Shown one piece after another: positions 50,804 through 62,777 of a DNA stretch of 64,000 nucleotides; the stretch's first letter is position 1; each line of letters begins with the position of its first letter. Origin of the DNA: Raja brachyura (taxonomy: Eukaryota); contig OY740814.1 of assembly GCA_963514005.1 (NCBI GenBank), positions 6,014,001-6,078,000 on the forward strand. Direction: 5' to 3'. The translations under genes and the position numbers were made by a program. The notes under the pieces were generated by a model. The model worked only from the letters and a program-made list of their open reading frames with translations, did no database searches and was not told the DNA's origin.

Positions 50804-53800
50804 AGATGGGGAGTGAAATGTAGAAGCTGAGGGAGCGATGGTGAAGAGAGGAGAATGAGGTGAGGTGAAGTGGGAGGTGGGGGTGGTGGGGTGAAGAGGG
50901 AAAAAATGGCAAATCCAGAATAGAGAGGGGTGGGTTCTGAATGGATTCTGCCTGAGCCGCTGAATTCCTCCAGCAGATTAGTTTAGGTTTTCAGCGTGGA
51001 AACTGGCCCTTTGGCCCACCGAGTCCGCGCAGCTCCGCGATAACCCATGCACCAATTTTATCCTACACACTAGGGACAATTTACAGAAGCCAATTAACCT
51101 ACAGACCTGCACGTCCTTGGAATGTGAGAGGAAACTGGAGCATCCGGAGAAACCCACATGGTCACAGGGAGAACGTATAAACTCTGTACAGACAGCACCC
51201 ATAGTCATGATCGAACCTGGTTCTATGGTGCTGCAAGGCAGCAACTCTACCACTAACCCACTTTGCCACATTCTGGTAGATCTCCTCTGCACCTATTTAG
51301 CCTATATTGTCTCCCATTGTTCTGCTATTGTGCCATTTCAGACTTTTCTGTAATTGGTTTAATTCGATATTTGCAAACATTTTCTACCAGGCTATCCATA
51401 TGGAGCATAGAACAGCACAGCCCATTACAACATGTAGTCTTCCAGTCTCTGTTAACCCCATCTCCAAGTTTGAACTCTGCAAATTTTGGGGTTTTGCTCT
51501 GCACTCTCATATTCAAGTAATTTAAAGATATCAAACTAAATATTTCAGCAGTAAACATCTGGGAACTACTGTTGACTAGCCTCCAGCCTAAAGAAACTAA
51601 CTGTTTACCATGACTCTGCTTTCTGTCCATGAGCCAATTTCTTTTATCCTTGCTGCCACTGATCTGCTTTGCGTTAGGACCACCAAACTCGCCTGTTGAG
51701 ATTGTGCTGCAAGCTATGGCCATAGGTCCCATCATATTCTTCTCTCTGGAGCATTTTGCTTGAGCAAACTATGATTATTACGGGTTTGGAGCTAAACCGG
51801 ACCCCGTTGTGCCGGGATATTTTCAATGATTCTACAGATGTTTATCTCAATTGTTCAAAATATTACCTCTCACTAGCAGAGTGGAGTAGAAGCCAAATGT
51901 AGAACTAATTACCCACAGTGATACAGTGCCTGCCAAAGTCTCCTCACAGACATCACGCACACTGTGCAAGTTTTATGTCAACATCTGAAATTTATCTAGT
52001 CGACCTTATTTTTATGACATGTGCTTCAGTCTTTTTAGAAATGACATTATGGTCATGACAACCTTTAGTGTTGGAAAATGGTCATAGAACAGTCCAGCAG
52101 AGAAGCAGGCCCTTTGGCCCACAATGCCTTTGCCCGACATGATGCCAAGACCAACTCTAACCTGCCTGCACCTAACTCATCTCCCCATTCCTCTATTCAT
52201 ACAATGGGTGGTGGGTATATGGAATGAGCTGCTGGAGGAGATAGTTGAGATAGGTACCAAGATAGTGTTGAAAAACATTTGGACAAGTACATGGACTGGT
52301 TAGGTTTAGAGACATATGGACGAAAGACAGGCAGGTGGTACTAGTGTATACAGAGCATTTTGATCAATGTGAGCAAGTTGGGCCAAAGGGCCTGTTTCCA
52401 TGCTCAAAGTCAAGTCAAACAAACTTTATTGTCATTTAGAAATACATCGATATATGCAGTTCCAAATGAAATTCCGTTGCATTTGGCTCCCTGTGCAACA
52501 CGATAATTAACAGAAGGATAAACATGGATAAAATGGATAAAAGGATAAATCGACAATAGTGTCAGCCCATTACATGGCATACAGGAGTCTGATGGCTCGT
52601 GGGAAGAAGCTGTTGCAGAACCTTGATGTTCTGCTCCTTATGCTACGATGCTGTATTAATCCATGACTCTGATCCATATATCATTCTGCTAAATCTCCTT
52701 CTCAACCTTTCCAAAGCCTCTCCATCCTTCCTGTAAATAGGGTGACTAGAACTGCACGCAATACTCCAAATGCAGATTAACCAAAATCCTATAAATGACT
52801 CTAAGGGAAGCTATGGCAAAACACAGACTATTGCAATGAAGAACACCAAAAATAAGTATTAAAACAACTATGTATACACAATACCAAAGCGCACTTAAAC
52901 TCATGTTCTCTTCAGCAAAAAGTAAAGACATCTTTGATAGCACCACATTAAAATGTTTATTCTTAATCCATGAAATTTGATGTCAAAATTCAGTATAAAA
53001 TACCATACAGTGAGCCGGTGATTAGATATTACATTATATTACTGCTTGCCTATTAATTTAATTACCAGCCAAACAAGTGCTGGATGAACTCAATGGGTCA
53101 GGCAGCATTTTAGTTTTAGTTTAGAGATACAGCGCGGACACAGGCCCTTCGGCCCACCGAGTCCGCACCGACCAGTGATTCCTGTACACTAACACTATCC
53201 TACTTTGGTAATTTACAATTTTACCAAAGCCAATTAACCTACAAACCTGTACATCTTTGGATTGTGGGAGGAAACCGGAGCACCCAGAGAAATCCCCGCA
53301 GGTCATGGGGAGAACGTGCAAACTCCATACAGACAGCATCCATTGTCAGGATCCAACCCGGGTCTCTTCTCACTGTAAGGCAGCAACTCTACCGCTACGC
53401 CACTGTGCTGCCAAAACAGAAGGCTATTCCGGCCAATTGGTTAATGCTAATCCTCAAGGGCCATGTGTGTCTTCTGTTGTCCTGTGTTATCTTCCTTCTG
53501 AACCTTCTGAATTTGTAGCTGGCAGGGCAGTACTCTGCATATCACCAATTTCCCCTATGAGCATACGTTAGCGGCACCGTGCCGTGTCCATCTGGAGACA
53601 TAATAGACAGACGATGTATTGGGTCATTTTTCTTCAGCCTTAGATCAGTAATTTAATTACTCGTGTTTTTACCGTAAGGGAAGGTCAATGATAAGTCTTC
53701 AGATGCATGCGTGATTGATGCAGGTTGTCCTCACATTACACGAGTGGGATGGCTTTTTTTGGAGATTGCAGAAGGCTGAAAAAATTGTTATTGCTTTTGA

Positions 53801-56124
53801 TGGGTTTGAGTCATAAGAACTACCAAGCTGCAGCTGGTGATATAGAGTTAATCAATGTTGGACTGGCAATGAAGCCAGGCCAAACCAAGAGGGATTTCTG
53901 GATGTAGTCATGCCAGGAATGCTTCTCGTTTCCATCCGGAATCTCGGAGGATTGTGGCGACCAAGGCCAGAACATACTCTTCATCAAATCTGGAATCTTA
54001 TTGTCCGAAGGTATGCAGCTTGGACTGTGGCCAGGGACCTGACAGTTCTCCAGGTTGAAGGCTTGGAGCCCCAACGTCTCAGGACTGCCAACTTGGATTA
54101 CCGCCACTGGGGCCTAAAGAATCTTTTATTTTCCCTTGCAGCTTAAACAAAAAAAAGTCCACGCAAGTGGTAATGATTAAGAAAGCAACAACAGTTTTTC
54201 ATTTGGCTTCAGAATGCAGGTTTCATCTCGCTGAAGTCAATAGAATTAGACATGCACTGAAAGGTTATTTCTTTTATTAATTAGATGTAATACATGAGCA
54301 TGGTGCATAAAAGAATGATTAGTTGACATTAATAAATGAGACACTTGCTTGGTAAAAAATATTATGTTGTTAAATAGGATGGACAGATATCCTTGTCCAG
54401 GCAGGTTTCTTAGGAACTTGGTTCACCACTCATTTTAATCAGTGGTTCTAGCAGATTGGATTGCAAGATATTATTCTAATACCGACCACTTAGTTCTTGA
54501 CGCTTTGTTGTTTTGCATAGATGTTTGTCTTTTAATTACTCTGATTTTTGAGTTGTTGAGCAAGATTTATTTACTGGTTGCACATTGAATTGATGAGCAC
54601 CATAGATTGATTTTGAACAGAGGTTTTGCTCACAGTGTCGCGCATTTGGAGAATATAAATATTATTTTCCGTTGGTTTCATAACCCTTATTTCTATTTTA
54701 TTTTAATTTTGACACAGCGCTGAAACAGGCCCTTCGGCCCACCGAGTCTGCGCTGACCAGTGAACCCCACACACCAACAATATCCTACGCACACTAGGAA
54801 CAATTTACATTTTTACCAAGCCAATTAACCAACAAACCTGTCCGTCTTTGGAGTGTGGAAGGAAACTGAAGATCTCAGAGAAAACCCACGCAGGTCACGA
54901 AAAATGTACAAACTCCGTACAGACAGCACCCGTAGTCAGGAGCGAACCCGGGTCTCCGCCGCTGAAAGGCAGCAACTCTACCTGTATGCCACCGTGCCGC
55001 CCTATTTTAAATTTTAATGAATTTTTTTTAATGTAGGAAGTGGAGGGTCAGTATATGAAGTTCAAATGTATACAATCTTTTTAAATTTTAGTTTTACTTT
55101 TTGAGAAACATGGCCAGTGATCAGCAATCACCTGGTCACATTAGTTCTGTTATTTCACCTTCTCATCCATTCCCTACACATTTGGGTCAATTTGCAGAGG
55201 CTAATTACCCTACAAACCCGTACGTCTTTGGGACGTGAGAGGAAACTGGAGCACGGGTCGGAAAACCGCATGATCACAGGGAGAACGTGCAGCCGAGGTC
55301 AGGTTCAAACCAGTCTCTGGCGCCGCGAGGCAGCAGCTCTACCCGCTACAAACGGTTAATATCCAATGTTGAATAAAGTTCTCAGAGCAAACTGAAGGGC
55401 CGTATTGTGCTGCAGTCTGCAATGTCTGTGTTCTGTAAACCCACATCTCTGCACTTACCTCAACCAGACGCAGCTACCTTGCTGTCCTCCCATCTCGAGT
55501 CCAGTGGTGCTCTTAACGCAAGCAGCCCCCAAAGGGATTGTGCAGTGAGACTGCGCCTCTTATACATTGCAAGAAACAGCAGAGCTGTGGATGGAGCTAG
55601 GGAGAGGCGTCGTTCTCTCTCTCTCTCACTAGTTAGGTTTTAGTTTAGAGATAAAGCTTTTGACTGATTGAGGAAAAGTGTGTTAAAATCAAGACCTCAA
55701 ACCTAAAACAAATTCATGGTCCACCAGGTGACAGTTATCCTTGCTTTTCCACGTGTTTCTGAGACTTGAACAGGTACCTTAAGGCATTAGAAAGACATCG
55801 CTACCCCTGTCTGAGCAATGATAAGCAACCCAGCACTGAAATCCTTATTACAACTTACCTGTTGAGCATGAAATATAGCGGTTTAGCGGGCCAAATGCAG
55901 GCAGGTGGATGGGGCATGTTGGTCGGTGTGGGCACGTTGGGCCAAAGAGCCTGTTTCCACGCTGTGTGACACCAGATTTTCAAAACAAATCCACGTGTCC
56001 CGGCTGTTTTGGTGGACTAGGGGAAAAAAAAATCAACAATGCTCTCAAAGTTTCTTGAGGCAGTTCCAGTAACAATATTTAAAAGGCATTTGGACAGGTA
56101 CATGGATAGTAACGGTCTGAAGAT

Positions 56125-56806
56125 TATTATCTGAATGGTAGCCAATTAGGAAAGGGGGAGATGCAACGAGACCTGGGTGTTTTGGTACACCAGTCATTGA
56201 AAGTAGGCATACAGGTGCAGCAGGCAGTGAAGAAAGCGAATGGTATGTTGGCATTCATAGCAAAAGGATTTGAGTATAGGAGCAGGGAGGTTCTACTGCA
56301 GTTGTACAGGGTCTTGGTGAGACCACACCTGGAGTATTGCGTTCAGTTTTGGTCTCCTAATCTGAGGAAAGACATTCATGCCATAGAGGGAGTACAGAGA
56401 AGGTTCACCTGACTGATTCCTGAGATGTCAGGACTTTCATATGAAGAAAGACTGGGTAGACTTGGCTTGTACTCGCTAGAATTTAGAAGATTGAGGGGGG
56501 ATCTTATAGAAACTTACAAGATTCTTAAGGAGTTGGACAGGCTAGATGCAGGAAGATTGTTCCCGATGTTGGGGAAGTCCAGAACAAGGGGTCACAGGTT
56601 AAGGATAAGGGGGAAGTCTTTTAGGACCGAGATGAGAAGATCATTTTTCACACAGAGAGTGTTAGATGTGGCCCTTGTGGCTAAAGGGATCAGGGGGTAT
56701 GGAGGGTACGGGATACTAAGTTGGATGATCAGCCATGATCATATTGAATGGCGGTGCAGGCTCGAAGGGCCGAATGGCCTACTCCTTCACCTATTGTCTA
56801 TGTTTC
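56125..56806 (+). mobile_element. CR1 3' fragment
   Basis: ORFs 56161..56412 and 56425..56826 match the CR1 C-terminus. Confidence 0.9.
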
Positions 56807-58135
56807 CAAGAAAGGTTTCAACCTGAAACGTCACCCATTCCTTCTCTCCAGAGATGCTGCCTGTGCCACTGAGTTACTTCAGCATTTTGAGACAATCTTA
56901 GGTTTAGAGTGATGTGGGCAAATGGGACTTCTTTATCGGCATGGAGGGGTTGGGTGGAAGAGCCTGTTTCCGTACTGTATAAAGGTTTCCAACTTGATGA
57001 AATGTTGCCTTCTCACTGACCTGGAGGAATTCTTGGCCCTTGACAACTCAGGATGGTGCTGATAAATCTCACACATGTGGACTGGGAGCAAATGGGACTC
57101 GTGTGAAACAAGTGGAAAGGCTGCACCACCTCAAACCTCCCACCAACCCAACCAGGCACCTTCTCTGCCATCTGTGGAAGAGTCTATCATGCCCACACTG
57201 GCCTCATCAGAACTGTAGAGCCATCTTCAATCTAGATTAATCACCCCCTTTCCTCTTTCCCCACCCCCTTCCACCTATACCACTTCCTCTGGCTTCACAA
57301 TTTACCCTTTTTCTCTCCTTATCTCACAGCCTTTAGTTATTTTCTCATCTCTGGCCTTTATCCTCCCATCTGCCAAAAGCTTCTCATCAGTCAGGTAAAA
57401 AATGTTGCTGTAGGAGCAGAGATTTGAATGTGTGGAGCAGTCGAGATATGTGATTGACAATAGACAATAGGTGCAGGAGTAGGCCATTTGGTCCTTCGAG
57501 CCAGCACCGCCATTCAATGTGATCATAGCTGATCATCCCCAATCAGTACCCCGTTCCTGTCTCTCCCCATATCCCCTGACTCCGCTATTTTTAGGAGCCC
57601 TATCTAACTTTCACTTGAAAGCATCCAGAGAACCTGCCTCCACCACCCTCTGAGGCAGAGAATAGTAAGATTGAACGAGAACTTACCAGTTCGAAGGTTG
57701 ATCTTTATTTCATGAGGAGTCGAAGTGAGGGATTTCGTGAAGAGCCCACCGGCGCGCATGCTCGACATACTTCAAAGTAGCGGCGTGGAATCACAGAACC
57801 AACAATAGAAATGACTTCGCATAGTATGATTGAATTGACTAAGATTACCAGATGAAGGTGATTGAGGGTTGGGCGAGGAGGGCACGAAATCCCTCACTTC
57901 GACTCCTCATGAAATAAAGATCAACCTTCGAACTGGTAAGTTCTCGTTCAATCTTACTATTTCATTTCGGAGTCACGTGAGTGACTTCGTGAAGACTTCA
58001 AAGCTTCTGTGATGACACGCCCTGGACCACGTCCATGCTGTCACACCACTACCAGGGATGGATGGGAGGAATAACTTGCTGACTAGTCCATACTGCAAAA
58101 CAAAGCATATTTATTAACAAACAAATCAAAACCCC

Positions 58136-59074
58136 TCATTCGGGGACATCTCCACGTTCTTGCCCCGCATCTAGCACGGCTTCTGCGAACTGTAGAGGCG
58201 CAGCAACGGGCCGGTTGTAGAACCGCTGGAACACCGTCTCATTAGCCCATCCTGCTGTGGCGAGAATATGGTCCATGGGCACCTCCATGACCCTCGCCGC
58301 CGACGTCGATGCAGCCCTGGTGGAATGAGATTTGAACACATTAGTGTCGATACCCGACTTACCCAAGACGACTCGAAGCCACCTGGATATCGTCTGTGTT
58401 GTCACTCGATGGTGAGGTCTCTTATGAGTGACAAGCAGGTATCTCTCCATTCCTCTGATGCTTGCCGTCACCTTGACGTAGTAACGGATATGGGAGGCTA
58501 AGCATAGCCTAGCATCGGCGGGGTATGCCGGGAACTTCAGCTGCAGCCCTGTGCACCCAGGTCTGTGTTGCTTTAGTAGCTCGTCAACAAAGAAAACTAC
58601 TTCTGTGGGGGTAGACATCATTCTGTCGACACGTAGTTTATGGAGTGTCTGTACCCTCTGTGCTGAAGTCAGCGCTAGTAACATCACCAGCTTCATGGTG
58701 AGTTTGTCCAGCTGGAGCCCTTCCATGGGGGACCACGTCCTGAGCAGAGTTAAAACGTCCCTGACATCCCAGGTGATATTGTAACGTGGTGTAGGCGGAT
58801 TCGTATTGAAAATACCCCGCATGAGCCTGGACACTAGCCTGTTGGATCCCACCTCAATATTGAGGTAGAATGATAGAGCGCTCCTGGCGCTGTTGATGGC
58901 ACTGTAGCTTAAGTGTTCATCATGGTGCAACCCCGCGAGGAATTCCAGGACGTCGGTTATAGTCACGGCATCGTACGTGATGCGAGAGCGGCTGCAGAAG
59001 GCTTCCCACTTCCTGATGTGAGAGCGGTATCTTCGCCTTGTAGACTCTCGGCACGACGCCGCAATGGTATCCAT
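58136..59074 (-). CDS. DIRS ORF3 tyrosine recombinase
   Basis: Catalytic pattern AQR...SHSTR...AGW...RFY; ACCATGG start at 59074. Confidence 0.95.
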   Translation of the reverse strand: MDTIAASCRESTRRRYRSHIRKWEAFCSRSRITYDAVTITDVLEFLAGLHHDEHLSYSAINSARSALSFYLNIEVGSNRLVSRLMRGIFNTNPPTPRYNITWDVRDVLTLLRTWSPMEGLQLDKLTMKLVMLLALTSAQRVQTLHKLRVDRMMSTPTEVVFFVDELLKQHRPGCTGLQLKFPAYPADARLCLASHIRYYVKVTASIRGMERYLLVTHKRPHHRVTTQTISRWLRVVLGKSGIDTNVFKSHSTRAASTSAARVMEVPMDHILATAGWANETVFQRFYNRPVAAPLQFAEAVLDAGQERGDVPE

Positions 59075-59112
59075 GGTCCGGGTAGAAAGGCCGTATTGTT
59101 CTAAAGGCCGAT

Positions 59113-61152
59113 TCAGAATCTGCAAGCCAACAAATTTAAATAGCCATGGCAGGGATGTGGCTCCCCTGAAACAGGGTGAGTAACTAATTCTGGGCTACCC
59201 TGCAAACGGACCCAAGGTTCACTGAGCGTGTCAAAGACCATCGGATACCATGGCTGTGTAGGCCAGTCGGGTATGATAAGGATGCCCTTGGCACCGTCCA
59301 TCTGAATTTTACGTAATACCCGACTGATGAGGCAAAACGGGGGGAATGCATAGAAAAAGCAATTCCCCCAGTCTAGCGAGAATGCATCTAACGCTATAGC
59401 CCCAGGATCTGGTTCCCACGCGACGTAGGTTGGTACCTGATGGTTCAACCGGGACGCAAAAAGGTCAATGTCCGGTTTCCCAAATTTGGCTGTGATTTTT
59501 GCAAAAATTTCAGGATGTAACATCCATTCAATATTATCATTGAACTTGCGTGACCTGGCGTCCGCCACAATATTAAGCTCACCTGGCAAATAGGTAGCTG
59601 AAATCCAAATGTCTCTCTTGACACACCAGAGCCAAATTGAATTAGCCAATTTATCACATGAAACTGACCTGGTACCGCCCATGTGGTTTAAATATGCCAC
59701 CGCTGTGGTATTGTCTATTTGGAGCCGGACATGTGCTCCAATGATCTTGGAACAATATGCACGAAGTCCGTGAAACGCTGCAAGCAGCTCCAAATAGTTG
59801 ATCCCTTGTGATACCAACATCGTATTCTCAAGGGTATCCCATCGGCCCCCACAACTAGAGAATTGATTCGTAGCTCCCCAGCCATCAGAGCTCGCATCAG
59901 TTTGTAAGTATATCATCGGTTTCGCCTCAATAATAGTTTTGAACGATTTACTAATGTGGCAAACCCACCATCGTAATTCATCCAATGCTGCAGGCGGCAG
60001 CCGCATTGATCGATCATAATGACCAGCATGCCGTCGCAACGCAGCGATCTTGGCTCTCTGCAAGTTTTGATAATGCAGAGGTCCATACCGGGCTGCCGGA
60101 AACAAAGCCACAATCTTGCCAATGACAGTAGCTGTGTGACGAATCGATGGTATACGAGTATTAATCAAGTCTGTACACACCTGTGTTACCTCCTCAATTT
60201 TGTTAATTGGTATGGTGACTCTCATGCTAATGGAATTCACCTGGAACCCCAGATAATTAATTACCTGGGTGGGGCAGAACTTAGATTTTTCTGGATGAAC
60301 AATGAACCCAAGCTGTTGGAACAAATTGACCGCAGCTGCCACCCCTTGTTGTGCTAATTCCAAGGTGTGGCCGACAATTAAAATATCATCTAAATAGGCC
60401 ATAACAATATGATGTCTTTGTCTTAAATAAGCCATAATTGGCTTCACCAATTTAGTAAATAAGCGAGGGGCTGTGGTGAGCCCATTAGGCAACGCCCTAT
60501 ATTGCCACAGCTGATCCATCCAGATAAATTTTAAGAACCTTCTGTAATATTTTTTCATAGGTACGGTATAGTACGCATCCTGTAAATCTATGCATGCCAT
60601 AAAGCACCCTTGTGAAATCAATGATTTGGCCGTTTCAAACGTGTCCATTTTAAAATGAGTATATGTTACAAAGTTATTCAGAGTGGTTAGATCAATAATG
60701 ACTCTACAGCCTCCATCCTTCTTAGGTCTAGTGAAAATATTGGAAACAAATTCAACGGGCTCATGAACCGTTCTCTCTATGACCCCTTTCTGTTCCAACC
60801 TTAAAATTTCCTTATAGCCTACTGACTGTTCCGCAGCCGTTAGTTTGAAAGTACGACCCGGCCTATGCTGAGGTGGAGGGATGTCCCCATTAATAAACTC
60901 AATACTATGGCCCTGAATATTCCGTAACACATACTCATCGCTGGTAATGTCACCCCATGCACCCGCAAACAACCGCAAACGCCCACCAACATGTGGAGTT
61001 AAACAAAGAGAAAAAAGAGAACCAGATCGCCTCACCTCTGTGGTTACCGGCGGTCCCTGACACGAGTGGGTGGTCGTGGAGGTGCTGGGTTGGTTTGAGG
61101 TCGTGGCGTCCTCATTTTCCACCTCGGCTTCTGCCGAGCCTGTCCTAAAAAA
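59113..61152 (-). CDS. DIRS ORF2: reverse transcriptase, RNase H and Dam-like methyltransferase domain (no own ATG; -1 frame relative to gag)
   Basis: YLDD RT motif and LPNGL; RNase H TDAS/LEL/IDN/AD residues; PDIDLFAS...YAFPPF...WPTQPWY methyltransferase-like domain. Confidence 0.95.
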   Translation of the reverse strand, partial: FFRTGSAEAEVENEDATTSNQPSTSTTTHSCQGPPVTTEVRRSGSLFSLCLTPHVGGRLRLFAGAWGDITSDEYVLRNIQGHSIEFINGDIPPPQHRPGRTFKLTAAEQSVGYKEILRLEQKGVIERTVHEPVEFVSNIFTRPKKDGGCRVIIDLTTLNNFVTYTHFKMDTFETAKSLISQGCFMACIDLQDAYYTVPMKKYYRRFLKFIWMDQLWQYRALPNGLTTAPRLFTKLVKPIMAYLRQRHHIVMAYLDDILIVGHTLELAQQGVAAAVNLFQQLGFIVHPEKSKFCPTQVINYLGFQVNSISMRVTIPINKIEEVTQVCTDLINTRIPSIRHTATVIGKIVALFPAARYGPLHYQNLQRAKIAALRRHAGHYDRSMRLPPAALDELRWWVCHISKSFKTIIEAKPMIYLQTDASSDGWGATNQFSSCGGRWDTLENTMLVSQGINYLELLAAFHGLRAYCSKIIGAHVRLQIDNTTAVAYLNHMGGTRSVSCDKLANSIWLWCVKRDIWISATYLPGELNIVADARSRKFNDNIEWMLHPEIFAKITAKFGKPDIDLFASRLNHQVPTYVAWEPDPGAIALDAFSLDWGNCFFYAFPPFCLISRVLRKIQMDGAKGILIIPDWPTQPWYPMVFDTLSEPWVRLQGSPELVTHPVSGEPHPCHGYLNLLACRF

Positions 61153-62777
61153 GACCCCTGGGGTTGGGGTGGCTGATATCGGTTTGGAGCTGGAGGGTAA
61201 TTCCTGGTGGAAGTGCTGACAGACCCTCGTGAACGGCCAAGTGGGGCTTTCGAGCTTGATGGCGTGGGGGCACTGTGAGAGCGCATGAGCCCCACGGTCT
61301 TGGCTTGTTCATCCAGCTCTCTGACCCTTTTGGAGAGGTCTTCGCCAAAGAGCTGACGGGGCGGCGGCGGCGGCGGTGGTTTGCACAACCCTGCAAACTT
61401 AGGGTTGAGCGCTGGGCGGATGCTGTTCTTCCGAAAGCCGTTTATTTCGTTTTGAGTAGCGCACAGAAGCGCCAGAGCATCCTCCTGGTCCAAATTAAGC
61501 TCCTCTCCGTCGACCGACCGCACAAAGGCAGTAATCCCGGCCATGAGGAGTTTCAGGATCCGCTGAATTTTCAGCTCCTGCTGACGGATAGCCGCACTGA
61601 TGTTGCCCCATATTGGCGTATTGACCACAGGCACGTTGAGGGAATTGCAGTTTGAGGGAGCCTTGTGACGGCTCATGGCTTGTAGTAGGACTTCCTCCTG
61701 AAGCTGGTGATTATTTAGGAAGTCCACTGTGGCTGCCAACTTCGTATTGATGGGAAGCCCCAACGAATGAGGGGCTGCAAATTTGGTAGCCACATCGAGG
61801 AGGTCCTCCGCCGGTAATTCAGGCGGGGGTGGGATGGGGTCAACCACGGCCTCCTCGTCCTGCTGCTCCAGGCTGGTGTACGAAGCTGGTGATGAAGCCC
61901 TGTGCCTGTCGCTGCTGGATGCCTGTTGTTGTTGACCTTGTAGGAGAAGCTCCAGCAGCCGCTCCATCCGGTCAATACGCCCTTCACCCTGAACACTCAG
62001 GTGGTCGGAGTCCTCCGGCTCTGAAAATTGGCCGGGGCTCCTGTCATCGGCCCGCACCTCGTCGAGGCCCTGCCGGTGCCGGTAGTTGTCGTCGACAGCC
62101 GCCGAGGCGAAACTGCGCGATTCCTGCACGGGCGTGTTCAACCGCCTCCGTTTAGCGGGAGCGGAAGCCGTTGCCTCTATGGACAGATGCGGCATGGTGT
62201 CGGCACCAGCCGAAGCCTGGATACCTTGGGCCCGTGCAGGCTTGCCAGCTGCCCACATCGTGGACCTTGCCGACGCATGGTCTCGCCCACCCATCCATGG
62301 GGGGCTCGGCGACCGTGACGGGACCCCCAACTGACTCGTCCCGGCGTCGAAAGTTGGGGGGCGACGGCTGGACCTCACAGCTGCCCCGGGTCCCGTCCTG
62401 GAACCTGACCGCTCCTTGGCGGCAGGCAGAGCCTTAGCCCCGACAGGGTTAGGCTGCTGGGCTCCTGCCCTTCCCCTTCTCAGAGGGCTGCGTGAAACGG
62501 GCCGTGCAGCCGCACGGACCCTTCTGCTCGAAGCCGTCAGCAAGCCTGCTGACGACCTGGCTGCCATGGCAGAGTCGTCCTGCTCTGGCGGCACACCACA
62601 CTCCTCCTCGTCGAACTCCTCCGAGCTGTGGTGTGCGGGCGGGTCCGGACCTGAAAATACAGAGCTCACCGACATCTCCGCCCTCGTTCCGGTCTGCGTT
62701 GCAGGTACCCCCGACAACTCTCGCTCCGGAACTGCTGGCCGGCGACTTCTCCTCGAACTCCGGCCTCTCCCATCCAT
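61044..62777 (-). CDS. DIRS ORF1, gag-like protein (~577 aa from MDGRGR...)
   Basis: Long ORF at the element 5' end; low-complexity basic N-terminus; C-terminal half homologous to remnants at 36.8-37.4 kb (PxNCNSLxVPxVN.PIWGN). Confidence 0.85.
   Translation of the reverse strand: MDGRGRSSRRSRRPAVPERELSGVPATQTGTRAEMSVSSVFSGPDPPAHHSSEEFDEEECGVPPEQDDSAMAARSSAGLLTASSRRVRAAARPVSRSPLRRGRAGAQQPNPVGAKALPAAKERSGSRTGPGAAVRSSRRPPTFDAGTSQLGVPSRSPSPPWMGGRDHASARSTMWAAGKPARAQGIQASAGADTMPHLSIEATASAPAKRRRLNTPVQESRSFASAAVDDNYRHRQGLDEVRADDRSPGQFSEPEDSDHLSVQGEGRIDRMERLLELLLQGQQQQASSSDRHRASSPASYTSLEQQDEEAVVDPIPPPPELPAEDLLDVATKFAAPHSLGLPINTKLAATVDFLNNHQLQEEVLLQAMSRHKAPSNCNSLNVPVVNTPIWGNISAAIRQQELKIQRILKLLMAGITAFVRSVDGEELNLDQEDALALLCATQNEINGFRKNSIRPALNPKFAGLCKPPPPPPPRQLFGEDLSKRVRELDEQAKTVGLMRSHSAPTPSSSKAPLGRSRGSVSTSTRNYPPAPNRYQPPQPQGSFLGQARQKPRWKMRTPRPQTNPAPPRPPTRVRDRR

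Noticed and set aside
51325-51735. 136-aa ORF (also 63337..63822) as exons of a neighbouring gene such as ATP8B4
   Set aside because: No recognisable motifs or consistent splice frame; the 63-kb ORF runs through repeats.
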